Shown here in pieces: positions 25,270-37,925 of a stretch of 64,000 nucleotides of DNA. The stretch lies in the NCBI GenBank assembly GCA_964016885.1, contig OZ024742.1, positions 255,874,001 to 255,938,000 of the forward strand, given 5' to 3'. The notes beneath the pieces were generated by a model, which saw nothing but the letters and a program-made list of their open reading frames with translations, made no database searches and was not told the DNA's origin. Made by a program: the position numbers and the translations under genes. The number at the start of each line of letters is the position of its first letter. Within the stretch, counting starts at the first letter, position 1. The DNA comes from Eledone cirrhosa. Its lineage: Eukaryota.

Positions 25270-26107
25270 ATAGCATAATATGTTCAGAGGGTACTTGAAG
25301 AAACATGACAACGTCATACATAGGTGAGATACCTCAAAGCATAAGAGAAAGAATAGGCCAACACTGGGGGGAACTGAAAGGACAAAAAAAAAAAGACGGT
25401 TCAATATTTTTTTAACACGCCAGACAAAGTCATGACGGTAATATAGACAACATAGAAATTAAAATAATATCTAAGCATAGAAATGACTCAACAGGTAGGC
25501 AAATCAGAGAAGCAACTGATATAGAACTAAGAAGACCGAAGTTGAACAGAAAGAGCGAATGGAATGACAACAATCATACCCAAACAAACAATACTGACTT
25601 AAGAGAAATATAAATAGGTAAATAAATATATACACAAGTACAATAACAAACACATATAAACATATAAACACACACTACTAAACAAAGTTAGAATACTAAA
25701 AACAAAAACACATACACTCAAACGCGAACACACACACCAAACGCTATACACACACGCAAACGCATGCGCAGAGACAGAGAAAAGAAGAAATAAATAAATA
25801 AATTAAATAAAAATGACGTAGACATTACAATACAATACAATGGAAGGAAAGATAATAGTACCACTGATGATGTCGCAGATGTGCGACGAAAGAACTTTGA
25901 TAGACTATATATATATATATATATATATTTATATCTGTATTTTTAATCGCTGACCAATCAACGATAAACATTGATTGCCAATTAAATTAACTATGGAGAT
26001 TTAAAAGATACAGAATCGAAATCCAACCCAAAACCAAACAGTGAGTGTGTTCTGTTAATATTTCTGGAAATATTAAAACAATATGACCCTCGCCAAGTAT
26101 AACAATA
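25270..26107 (+). mobile_element. PLE 3' fragment (family B): GIY-YIG C-terminus plus pLTR with HHR-like motif at ~25856-25908
   Basis: SYIGEIPQSIRERIGQHW, RQIREATDIELRRPKLNRKSEW; CTGATGA T GTCGCA gatg TGCGAC GAAA; end atgaccctcgccaagtataacaat shared with ~23252, ~33596 and ~43368. Confidence 0.82.
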
Positions 26108-26146
26108 TTTGATTCGACACACGATTTCTCATCAAACACCTTGCAA

Positions 26147-26171
<25 letters not shown>

Positions 26172-26177
<6 letters not shown>

Positions 26178-26465
26178 TATCAAGAAAACGAAAAATCAGT
26201 GATGCATCTGGACTTAGTTTATTTCGTGTTACAAATGTTTCGCCGGCATGTAGCTCGAGTCATGTTCCTTGTATGGATCTGGCTGATTCTACTTCTGCGG
26301 ATTTGCTCCGGACATAACAGACGTGTCTGAAAGAACGCGCGGAAGTAGAATCAGCCAGATCCATACAAGGACCATGACTGGAGCTACATGCCGGCGAAAC
26401 ATTTGTAACACGAAATGAACTAAGTCCAGATGCATCACTGATTTTTTGTTTCCTTGATAATATAT
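26172..26465. repeat. Foldback: ~128-bp arms, ~38-bp spacer
   Basis: 26172-26299 is the reverse complement of 26338-26465 with a few mismatches. Confidence 0.92.
26322..26412 (+). ncRNA. Type I hammerhead with ~60-nt stem II and one extra core A
   Basis: CGUGU CUGAAAGA [irregular hairpin cgg/ccg, guag/cuac, cag/cug, ucc/gga] GAAAC AUUU GUA ACACG. Confidence 0.65.
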
Positions 26466-26539
26466 ACACTCTACTCTGATGAATATCGAGTGCAAATTTT
26501 GGCATACCGCCTACGGAAGCACCATAGCTACCACTATAC

Positions 26540-26581
<42 letters not shown>

Positions 26582-26649
26582 TAAGTGTATGAAACGTCAT
26601 ATTGTTTATATTTATGCGATGATTGGTGCTTCTTTTCAGAATATTGCAG

Positions 26650-27670
26650 CCTTAATCATGTCGATTACAATATCTGGTTAGACCCCTTTGCGAACAACAG
26701 ATTATTCTACTCTCATTATAAATATGGTTATCTGGTAACTGTGCCAAAAGATCATTATAGTCCGCCTGTGTCTCGCGAAACATGTGTGGTTTTTGGTGAA
26801 TCTTTATGTTTACTCCCTTTCGTATGAATATTTTGAGTTTTGCATGATTGATGAGTTTTGCTTCAAACTTCTCATCACCAGCTTTAATCATGCTACGCCA
26901 CCATATTCTGTTCATTGCTAGGAATTTTTTAATATATATATCAAGAATCTTCAAATTATCCCTAACCACATCTATGAATGGTTTCTTTGGTTTATGATTT
27001 GTCCTCCTTTTATGTATAATCTCCCCACATATCTCTTGGGCATATAATATCTTGAGCAGCCTTGTAAAGTCTATCCTGATATCATGACCAGTTCAAACGC
27101 ATCTGGCTCTAAACAGTCAACTGTCCAATATTTTCGCAATAAGCTCTCCTTAGTACTTTTGTATCTGGTGTCAAATATGTCTGGTTAATTCCTAAAATCT
27201 GTCAAGAACAGTTTTGAGGAAACCATTCTAGCGGTTTTATGTGCTGCCTATAGGTTGGCCATGCTTCAAAACCATACAGTGATATAATTAGCACGCATGC
27301 TTTGTAAACACCTATGCTAGGCCTCGATCTGCCCATACTCTTTTCTTTAGTTTTCCAAATGTTGAAGTGGCATTTTGAATTCTCTGATTGATTTCCGCAT
27401 CAAGGGATCCATACTTACAAGATATGTGAATATATCTACTACACCCGGCCGTGTACCATTAACTGTTATGGTTTGTTCAGCATAAGTCTCGCCTTGAGGA
27501 AGATTGAACATTACTTTAGTATCGTGAGGCTGATGATGCGTCTAAAATCATGAGAAACCCTAGAAAAACGACCAAGTGTGACCTGAATGTCTTCTTTCTG
27601 GTGTGTAACTAAACAGTATCACTTGCATGGAAAAGCTCAAGGATAATGTTCTGAAAAGTCTTTTAGTTAG
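26650..27670 (-). mobile_element. Decayed RTE (BovB-like) RT C-terminal fragment
   Basis: IILELFHASD, TKVMFNLPQGETYAEQTITVNG..VDIFTYL, KPKKPFIDVVRDNLK. Confidence 0.7.
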
Positions 27671-27686
27671 CGTATATATATATACG

Positions 27687-27778
<92 letters not shown>

Positions 27779-28615
27779 GGGGGGACTGTAGATATATCAA
27801 TTTCATTAGATATTTCTTAAATATAACATCATGGTGTAGAACCAATCACTAGTTTAAAGAGTGTACGCATGAATATCAAATGACAACATGTAACGTTCTT
27901 TCTAACATTGATTTTAACTTAAATCTTAAAGGGGTTTAACTCTATACCATAAAGCACATTGTCCGATGCTCCACCGATACTGCCAACCTACCGATATAAT
28001 AACATATGATAATGAGACCTGTATATACATACATTATGCAGGCGTGGGATTCATATGTCATAAATTTGTACATCGTCAGTCTGATTTGTGTAGGTAAAGC
28101 TTAGTTTGGTTGAATAGTTAGAGAAAGCAGCAATATTTACATATTAGTGGCTATGAAGACACTAATATGCATGCATTATAAAAATGGTTTACGGAATGTT
28201 AAATGATCCTAGAATTATTCAAATTTCCACAATTAACTTAAACGTATAATTTCCTATGATCAATATATAAATCACTAAACATCCTTGAAGCGTATCAGCA
28301 AATTTTAAACATCCAAATAGTGGAGAGGGTCGTATGTTGTTATGACCTGACAGATAATTGAGTGTGGACTGTGTAGTGAAAATGCAAGCTTAGAGATTTT
28401 GGTAGTGTGGCCAGATCAAGTGTCAAAATCTTGGTACACCAGTTTATTACCAGTAAGGAAATTAGAAATATTTTATTTCTCTGATTGTGATATACATTTG
28501 GAAATAATTTCAATTTCTTTGTGAAAATATGTAGAGATAGCCGGGTTTTTAACTAAAAGGGACTTGAAGTTGCACGTATAAAACTTCCAATTTGACTCAC
28601 ATAATGTATATAAAA

Positions 28616-29078
28616 CTAGCAGTGGTACCCAGCGTTGCACGGGATAAGGTATTTCGGAACGCGGGCCGCCAGCAGATCTAATCGTGGAAAAACTGCATGC
28701 CTGAACAATATGTAAAGAAAATAAACCGAATACTCTGATTGCTGGATAATCTTTAATATTTTCCTCGATGAAACAGGAAATATGCAGGTTTTCATCTAAT
28801 GCGGGCCCTAGGGATCAAGAAAACGATTTTTTTTATGTGCATAATATGCCTTGACATTTCGGGGAAATCGGCTAGACGTAACGCCTCCAAAAACCCCTAA
28901 AAAGCTGAAAACATGAAGTTTTTCACTTAATGCGGGCCCTAGGTCATAAAAAAGTTGGATTTGTTTATGTACATAACACTCCTTAAAACATAAGTAATAC
29001 ACATGTAAAGTTTGAAAAAAGTCGGTTGGGTACTTCTCGAGCTTTACGGATTCAAACTCACAGACAGACACACACACA

Positions 29079-29109
<31 letters not shown>

Positions 29110-29518
29110 CCACACACATACAGACAGATATTATAAGGGCACGACATTTAATGTATGTATCTACCTTGCCATTCTGAGTTCAAATACCGCCGAGGTTAAC
29201 TTTGCCTTTCATCCTTACGAGGTCGATAAAGTAAAGTACCAGTAATGTATTTGCTGGCCTTGTGCCAAAAGTAGAATCAGTTATATGTATGTATCTATCT
29301 AAAAAGAGAAAGACTAAGAATTATAGAGAGATATCGCCAAATCACCTAATGCGGTCCCTAGGGCTTTGAAAATTTGAAATCCTTTTGCTCAGAACACTCC
29401 CTGAAACATAAGTATTACATGTGTAAAGTTTGAAAACAGTCGGTTTGGTTCTTATCGAGTTTTAAGGATTCAAACTCACACAGACAGACATACATACTCA
29501 GTTTTATATATATATAGA
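28616..29518 (-). mobile_element. Non-autonomous Helitron, same family as 23724-24643
   Basis: Collinear reverse complement; TCTATATATATATAAAACTGAG start, CCCGTGCAACGCTGGG hairpin, CTAG end. Confidence 0.88.
29164..29284 (+). mobile_element. 5'-truncated family A SINE in the Helitron, 13-bp TSD
   Basis: atgtatgtatcta at 29151-29163 and 29285-29297; empty site in the other Helitron copy (~23945). Confidence 0.9.
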
Positions 29519-29979
29519 CTAGCAGAAAACCACACGAGGAGCGGTTTCTGCTAGTCTCTATATATATATTACAGACACAGAAATGTATATATATTTCTGT
29601 GTGTATATATATATATTTCTGTGTGTGTATATATATATATATATTACACACACACAGAAATGTATATATGTTTCTGTAGCACTCCTCAATTCCCCCCTCT
29701 CTCCCTCCCGCTATCCCCCTCTTGTAGTCTGTCTCTTTCTTTCACTCTCACGCTCTCTCTACGCGTGCGCAAAAACATTCGCACACGCGCACGTGTTTTA
29801 GCGTCTATTCACTCTCTCTCTCTCCTTCTCTCCTTCCCGCTATCCCCCTCTCGTAGTCTGTCTCTTTCTTTCACTCTCACTCTCTCTCTACGCGTGCGCA
29901 AAAAACATTCGCACGCGCGCACGTGTTTCCACTGTCGGACAGACAGACAGAGAAATTGTGGTTATATATTATAAGGAGA
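29519..29979 (-). mobile_element. Second non-autonomous Helitron-like family
   Basis: A|TCTCCTTATAATATATAA start, (CTGT)n, internal ~130-bp tandem duplication, palindromic end CTAGCAGAAA...TTTCTGCTAG. Confidence 0.7.
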
Positions 29980-30123
29980 TAAAGCACCAATCAATTACTT
30001 AGTCGATGTAATCGAATGTCTCCTCACAATAACAAGTTCTGGTCATGGGCCAAAATGAAAAATAAAAGTTTTTTGAACCAAGTGATAAATACTGTTTCAT
30101 TAGTTCTTCTGACAATTATACTT

Positions 30124-30139
30124 GAGAGAGAGAGAGAGA

Positions 30140-30210
<71 letters not shown>
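30124..30210. repeat. (GA)n microsatellite
   Basis: Direct reading. Confidence 0.95.
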
Positions 30211-30213
<3 letters not shown>

Positions 30214-30771
30214 TTTGTGTGAATCTGACTTTTCTTACGTCTGTTCATCTATCTCTATTTAGCTCTTATAACTGAAGAGTCTGACGGCAAAATAATTATC
30301 GGACTCGAAAGATATGCCGTGGGATCGATATAATCGATGGAAACAGGTCAGTACCCACAAATGGTCGCTGTCTGATGGCTGAAACAATATACAATAATAA
30401 AAGAACCACGATGTTATATAAGTTTATGTTGTGAACGCTGAATTTCCGAGATTTACATTAAGGGGGATAAATATATGTGGAATGCCCAACCAATTAAACG
30501 TTAATTACACGAGAAGGCTGTAACGTGAGACAAACAATCAGAACGCTCTACGTCGAAATTGACATAGGTCTTTTCCAAATTTAGAATACTTTGCGATTGG
30601 ATACAAATCCCAGCATACTTTTCTTCACATTTTTATGACGTCAGCAGTTTTTTTTTTATTTCACTGTAGCCACCTCAATAGACTCTCCCAACGGAATTTA
30701 GTTCAGTTAAGAGAATGTTTTATTGTTTCTAGTTTCCTGTTGTTTATCGCTGGAAAGGTGTGCGTACGTGC

Positions 30772-30854
<83 letters not shown>

Positions 30855-30863
30855 TATGTATAT

Positions 30864-30903
<40 letters not shown>

Positions 30904-30904
30904 G

Positions 30905-30974
<70 letters not shown>

Positions 30975-30981
30975 TATATAC

Positions 30982-31030
<49 letters not shown>
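30772..31030. repeat. Compound (TA)n/(CA)n microsatellite
   Basis: Direct reading. Confidence 0.95.
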
Positions 31031-31031
<1 letters not shown>

Positions 31032-31114
31032 CATATATATAACAAATATACATAGACACATGCCACATACCCATACATATCAAACACGTATGCACACAGA
31101 CACAGACACGTAAA

Positions 31115-31187
<73 letters not shown>

Positions 31188-31743
31188 GTGTGTGTGTGTG
31201 TGTGTGCATATATCTGTATTACTCTAATCGTTGTGAGTGAGTGCATGCCTACGAGATAATATGACAGCAGAGAATACGTGATTAATTCGGACCGCCTTTT
31301 AATATATAATTATAGGTTTTTCCGTATTTACAGTTCTCATGACGCAAGGACACAGAATAACATAAGTGGATTATTTATAGCATGTGTGGATTTTATTTTC
31401 TCATTCCACTTTTATGTAAAGTCCAACGTTATATAACTGCTCTCTGTAATATCTTCTTAATCCGTGCTCCCTGTGGCAAATAAAACATATTCTTATTACC
31501 ATTAATACTATTATCGTCATCATCGTCATTATCATCATCATCATCATCACCACCACCACCACCATCATCATCAATATTATCATCATCATTATCATCATCA
31601 TCATCATCATCATAATTACTTTTATTTTTATTTTGTGGTTTCACTCCATTACTCAGCTTAGTGTTCGTTCGGAATGTGCAGTGTTATTATTGGTATTGTA
31701 ATTTAAAGCATATTGAAATTACTCTTCATTATATATCTGCAAT

Positions 31744-31925
31744 AGGGAAATTGCCAGTATCGGTAGAGAGTCGGACGCCATGCTTTCTAGCATAGTTACG
31801 TCCCTTTACAGTCTGAGTTCAAATCCCGCCGAGGTTAACTTTGCCTTTCATCCTCACGGGGTCGATAAAATAAAGTACCAGTAATGTACTGGGTTATTGC
31901 TGGCCTTGTGCCTAAAGTAGAAACA
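31744..31925 (+). mobile_element. Full-length family A SINE, 16-bp TSD
   Basis: TSD attatatatctgcaat at 31728-31743 and 31926-31941; A- and B-boxes present. Confidence 0.92.
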
Positions 31926-32126
31926 ATTATATATCTGCAATGCATAGCAGGACAATTTTCCGTATGCTGTAAATATTTGTATGTTCTGGGGCTTGGGTTA
32001 AATATCTGTCCATTCAATCGTTGCCTTACCTGAGGACCTTCTTTTATATGGATTGTTTTTGATTTCATCATCCACATTCAGGTATTCATGTAATTTCTAT
32101 CTCCACATCGTTATATTTCTAAATAT

Positions 32127-32254
<128 letters not shown>

Positions 32255-33613
32255 CCCACACACAAATCAATAAAGCCATACGGACACCCCAAAACAATGA
32301 TCAGGTGAGAAAAATGGTCGTACATACAATAGGGGCTAGTATTAAAACTACACTAAAGGCCATATGTTTAAATTTAACGAAAAAAATCTACACCCATAAT
32401 GAGAGAGCAGCCATTGGTGTCAGTATAGCTGGTGATGTTGCCAATCTATTTATGAGACTCGGAGAAATCCTTGAAGAGAGCTCCATAGACCTCGTCATGT
32501 GCTGCCTTTACGTAGACGATATTAATATAGTAATAAGAACATCCCCACAAGAGAGTACTAATATACATGATTTAGAAAATAGCACATTGGAGAGCATCCA
32601 ACAGATAGTTAACTCCATACACCAGAGCATAACTGTAACTGTTGACTTCAACACCCTAACAATAGCCTACCAGAATTAGACACGGAAATCTGGATTAACA
32701 CTATAGACGAGAGGGCCCAAATACTCCTCTAACACTATGCTAAACCCATGGCCTCCAAATACCTGATACACAAAATCTCAGCAATATCCAACAGTGCTAA
32801 GTTTAATATTCTGATCGCAGACAACATAAGAGTTATGAAGACTGTGTCTCGCATGTGCGACCCAAATATAATGGAAAGACAGATCCAATACTTCATCAAC
32901 CGCATGCAGTTCTGTGGCTACAAGCAAAGAGACAGAATGAGAGTATACAAAGGAGCCACGGAGAAATATAAGACCCTCATAGAAATGGACATGAAAGGAA
33001 TTTTCCCATTGTACAGGAGCAAATCACGGAATAGCTTAGATAGGACTAAATATAAGATAGGGAAAGCCACTTCATGGTACGACAACCAGAGATACCAGAG
33101 TGTCATGCCTGTGGATGCTACCCTGGAGGGAAATTAGCGAACCAATGTAGAAAGGCCCTAAGAAAGATCCATTTAAAGATTAAAGTTGTAGAAAAGCCAG
33201 AAACTAACATAAAACCCCTTTAAAAAAGCCCACTATACTAATAAGAAATGTGTTATATGTAAAATGAACCCCCAGATAAACTATAAAACTAGAAATGTAG
33301 TCTATAGCATAAGATGTACAGAGGGTTCTTGCAGAAATATGACAACTACATACATAAGTGAGACATCTCGAAACTTAGGAGAAAGAATAGACCAACACTG
33401 ATGATGTTGCAGATATGCATCGAAAGAACTTTCATAGACTATATATATATCTGTAGTTTTAACCGTTGGTCAATCTATGATCAACTTTGATTACGAATTG
33501 AATTAAGTATAGAGATATAAAAGATACTGAAGCCAAAACCAACCAAAAAAGTGAGTCTGTTCTGTTAATATTTCTGGCAATATTATTACAACATTATAAC
33601 CCTCGCCAAGTTT

Positions 33614-33620
<7 letters not shown>
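32255..33620 (+). mobile_element. PLE family B: RT + partial GIY-YIG + pLTR, disrupted
   Basis: AAIGVSIAGDVANLFM, LYVDDINIV, HYAKPMASKYLIHKISAIS, CVICK..NVVYSIRC..YISETSRNLGERIDQH, then a pLTR matching 25862-26107. Confidence 0.88.
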
Positions 33621-33651
<31 letters not shown>

Positions 33652-33934
33652 CTAAAGTGTGTCTTAAGCCAGAAAGCTCATTTGGCCGGTGCTTATCCCG
33701 GTTTCATGGCGTGAAGCGACTGAGAGCACAAGACTCTTCACCACCCTGGACAGGACGCCAGTCCATCGCAGGGTTAACCCTCCAGCTATTGCTGGTACTC
33801 ATTTTCAGCTGAGTATACTGGAGCAACGAAAAATGAAGTGTTTTACTCAAGAACACAACACGCAGCCCAGGAATCGAACCCACGATATTATGAACGTAAG
33901 TGCAACACTCTTACCTCTAGACCACGTGCCTCCA
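33652..33934 (-). mobile_element. tRNA-headed SINE with CORE-like and V-domain-like segments
   Basis: Minus: GTGGTCTAGAGGTAA (A box), GGTTCGATTCC (B box), GTGTTCTTGAGTAAAACACTT, CCTGCGATGGACTGGCGTCCTGTCCAGGGTG; flanked by (TA)n. Confidence 0.8.
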
Positions 33935-33936
33935 CG

Positions 33937-34023
<87 letters not shown>

Positions 34024-34027
34024 CACA

Positions 34028-34119
<92 letters not shown>

Positions 34120-34120
<1 letters not shown>

Positions 34121-34454
34121 CTAAACTAAATGAAAATGTCAGAATTACAGACATGCTCCATATAGCCTGCAATGAAAGCTCTAGGACAAATTCCGAACCA
34201 TTAATAATATACATTCAAGAGCGAATGACGTATATAGGAATATATGAAACAATACACAGGAGATAAATTGCAAATAAATCAGGAATATATAAAATAGAAA
34301 TGAGCAGTAGAAACAGCGTAACAAGAAAAGCATTAAACAATATATACCGAGCACCAAATAATTATTTTACTCTCTCGTATACAATTCTATAATGGCAATA
34401 GAAATATGTTTCACTTTCGAATGATGAAGTTCCATATGGTAAGCTAGGCTCATC

Positions 34455-34506
<52 letters not shown>

Positions 34507-35410
34507 CTAAAGGCATATGAACTCACACTTCTAAGTCAATCTAAGGACTGTCTAAACGCATATGGGTTTAAGAAATAACACTGCGCATCTGTGTGCCAAT
34601 ATGACGTGAATAGGTATGTGGATAACAGGAAATAGTAGTCAGAACCCATTCAATAGTAAGAAGCTCTACAAAATATTTTAGAACCATTTTTATATTTATA
34701 TATTTCTAAAATGAATGAAAATGTCTTGACTGTAATGAAAGCTCCAAGACAAATTCCGAGATGTAATACTTCAGACATGATATTTTCATTCATTTTAGTA
34801 ATATAAACTCTTCAGTCACGACATTTCCATTGATGCTAGAAATATAAATATGTTCCTAAAATTATTTTGTAGAGCTTTTTAATGTTGAATACCTTTTGGC
34901 TGCAATTATAAGATATCCGGATACCTATTCACGTCACATAGGTACACAGATGTGTGGTGTTATTTTTTTAAAAGCATGTGCGTTTGGACAGTCCTTAGAT
35001 TGGCTTAGAAGTGTGAGTTCATATCGCTTAATCTCTCTCTCGCTGATTATCCTAGCTTACTATATGGAACTTCACCATTCGAATGTGAAACATACTTCTA
35101 TTGCCATTAGTGAATTATGTACGCCGAGGTTAACTTTGCCTTTCATCCTTACGGGGTCCATAAAATAATGTACCAGTAATGCACTGAGTAATTGCTGGCC
35201 TTGTGCCAAAAGTAGAAACAATTAAGGAATTATGTACGAGCGAGTAAAATAATTATTTGGTGTTCGATATGTACTCTTTAATTATTCTTTTGTTAAATAG
35301 TCTACAGTGCTCATTTATAGTTTATATATTCTTACATTTATTTGCAAACTATCTCTTGTGTATTGTTTGATATATTCCTATATATGTCATTCGCTTTTAT
35401 ATATATAAAA
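34120..35410. repeat. Old 1.3-kb foldback with diverged arms
   Basis: ~34205-34458 pairs with ~35040-35400; ~34505-34700 pairs with ~34840-35035. Confidence 0.85.
35124..35226 (+). mobile_element. 5'-truncated family A SINE, 12-bp TSD
   Basis: gaattatgtacg at 35112-35123 and 35227-35238; absent from the opposite arm. Confidence 0.9.
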
Positions 35411-36547
35411 TAAAATTTACCTAATCTTTCTTGAGATCGTAGACATTAACTAGCTAAATAATTATTTAAACGGAGCAAAGTTTAAAATGTGATTTTGAAG
35501 AAATACTAGAAAAATCTTACCGACATTCCTTTATGAAGAACAGTCAGATAAAATTTACCTAATTTTTCTTATTAGTCCGTAGAAATTAACTACATAAATA
35601 ATCATTTAAAGGAGCTAATTTTAAAATGCAACTTCGAATAATTCATTGATAAATGTTACCAATATTCCTGTAGTCCCGACTGTCGACAGTTTCGCTTGTC
35701 CTTGGTAGAAATGTCTAATCATTGCATTATCCCTGAGGCTCAAATCTTATCAAAAGACTTCCTCAGCTAGGATCGAAATTTCCAAAGTGATCGCCGCCAG
35801 TAACGAATTTTAAAGGGTCTGAAAATCATCACCTGGCTAGCGGTCAAATTAGAAGTGTTGTGAAGGGTAGACTAATGGCCGGTAAGCTCATTCCTAGAAG
35901 AGGCAGTTAGCTACCGCCTAAATTTCCCTTTGAAATATATATGTTTTAAGGTATTTTGAGGCTGTGTTCTTGAAACGTTATGCTAATTATTTTTCTAATT
36001 TGTCTTTAAAAATTCCCTCCAAGAATTATTTACGGTGATTGTCGCATATAATACAGTTGCGGGTGTGTACGTGATCGGTGTGGGCGAGTGCGCCTACAGA
36101 CAGAGAAGACGTTGAAGGGCCGCCAGCAGTTTAGAGCATACAACCCCTTACCTGCTACAGTAGTAATTCGGATCTAAGAAACAACTTTGATTGACAGGTG
36201 GAGAATGAAAAGAACCAAATAGTGGACAACCATGAGTGTTTTAAATATCGTTGACGTCTACAATTCTTTACCACTCATGGATTGACAACAACAGGATCTA
36301 AGCCGACAGGCGAAGGATATCGATGTAAAACGACATTAGGAAAATCTGCTTCGTATCTGAGGACCATGCGACTATCACATCGGTCATGCCTTGAGCTGGT
36401 CGCCAGAGAAACGATTGTAATATCTCCAATAAATTCGATTCGTCGCAACACTGATTCTCTTTTTATTGTGATATCATACTCTGCTCTATGAGAGCATCGA
36501 GTGCTCAAACGGCCTACCGCATACGGACGCTTTAAGCATCCAACACC

Positions 36548-36611
<64 letters not shown>

Positions 36612-36620
<9 letters not shown>

Positions 36621-37925
36621 CTATATCGGAGAAAGCTTTTTAGCGATACTCCGGCCAAATTCCAACTCACTCAACAAACATTAGGAAATAAGTGATTATA
36701 TTCCCAATTATGCGTTCGGGGTGCTAACTAAAAGTATTGCGTGGAAAATTAGCTGTATTATTTCATATGAGACATATCTAATATATTTCTTCCCAGACGG
36801 ACGTCTTGTTTCATTATAGGATTCCTACAATTTGGGTGAAATTATACCAATTTATGTAGGAGCTTGTATACCATCAATAGATATATATTCTAGTGGGCTC
36901 CTATAATTCAGTGGGTGCCCCAATAATACTAATATTGATAATCTAACCAACATCAGTATTTAGCGATAATCATCATCCTCTGTGCCTGAGGTATCTGTCA
37001 GGTTTCCAGTCCAGCAGTTCTAAAGAAGTGCTCAAACTGATTCAAAAAATGAGGAAGTAAATTACCGCCAAAAAAACAATACATGCGCATGACAATGAAT
37101 TCTGAAAGGAATTCAGGCCACGTGCTAACAACTGAATTGGAAATTGAAAAAATATCTATGTGTGTACAACATTGATGACACACACAGATATTTTCTCGGG
37201 CAAAATAGCAGAATGAGATATAAGGAACAATCAATATTCATATATAAAAAAAATAAACAAAGAAATGCTAATCTTATACCGGGAATTTTTTCGAATCTTC
37301 TGTGCCAAGAGTAAATAAATAAATACAATATCGGAGAAAGCTTTTTAGCGATACTCCGGCCAAATTCCAACTCATTCAACAAACAGGAAATAAGTGATTA
37401 TATTCCCAATTATCCGTTCGGGGTGCTAACTAAAAGTATTGCGTGGAAAATTGGCTGTATTATTTCATATGAGACATATCTAATATATCTCTTCCCAGAC
37501 GGACGTCTCATTTCATTACAGGATTCCTACAATTTGGGTGAAATTATACCAATTTATGTAGGAGCTTGTATACCATCAATAGATATATATTCAAGTGGGC
37601 TCCTATAATTCATCAGTGGGTGCCCCAATAATACTACTATTGATAATCTAACCAGCATAAGTATTTAGCGATAATCATCATCCACTGTGATTGAGATATC
37701 TGTCAGGTTGCCAGTCCAGCAGTTCTAAAGAAGTGCTCAAACTGATTAAAAAAATGAGGAAGTAAATTACTGCCAAAAAAACAATACGTGCGCATGACAA
37801 TGAATTCTGAAAGGAATTCAGGCGACGTGCTAACAACTGAATTGGAAATTGAAAAAATATCTATGTGTGTACTAATATTGATAATTTAACCAACATCAGT
37901 ATTTAGCGATAATCATCATCCTCTA
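36612..37925. repeat. Tandem duplication, ~705-bp unit (about 1.8 copies plus a short third piece)
   Basis: aaataaatac(t/a)atatcggagaaagctttttagcg starts at ~36612 and ~37317 and stays collinear to ~37870. Confidence 0.92.

Noticed and set aside
31401-31644. Poly-Met and poly-Asp ORFs
   Set aside because: (CAT)n/(CAC)n trinucleotide repeat.
31744-31830. tRNA gene-like A and B boxes (also in other SINE copies)
   Set aside because: These are SINE heads with conserved bodies and TSDs, and no complete cloverleaf.
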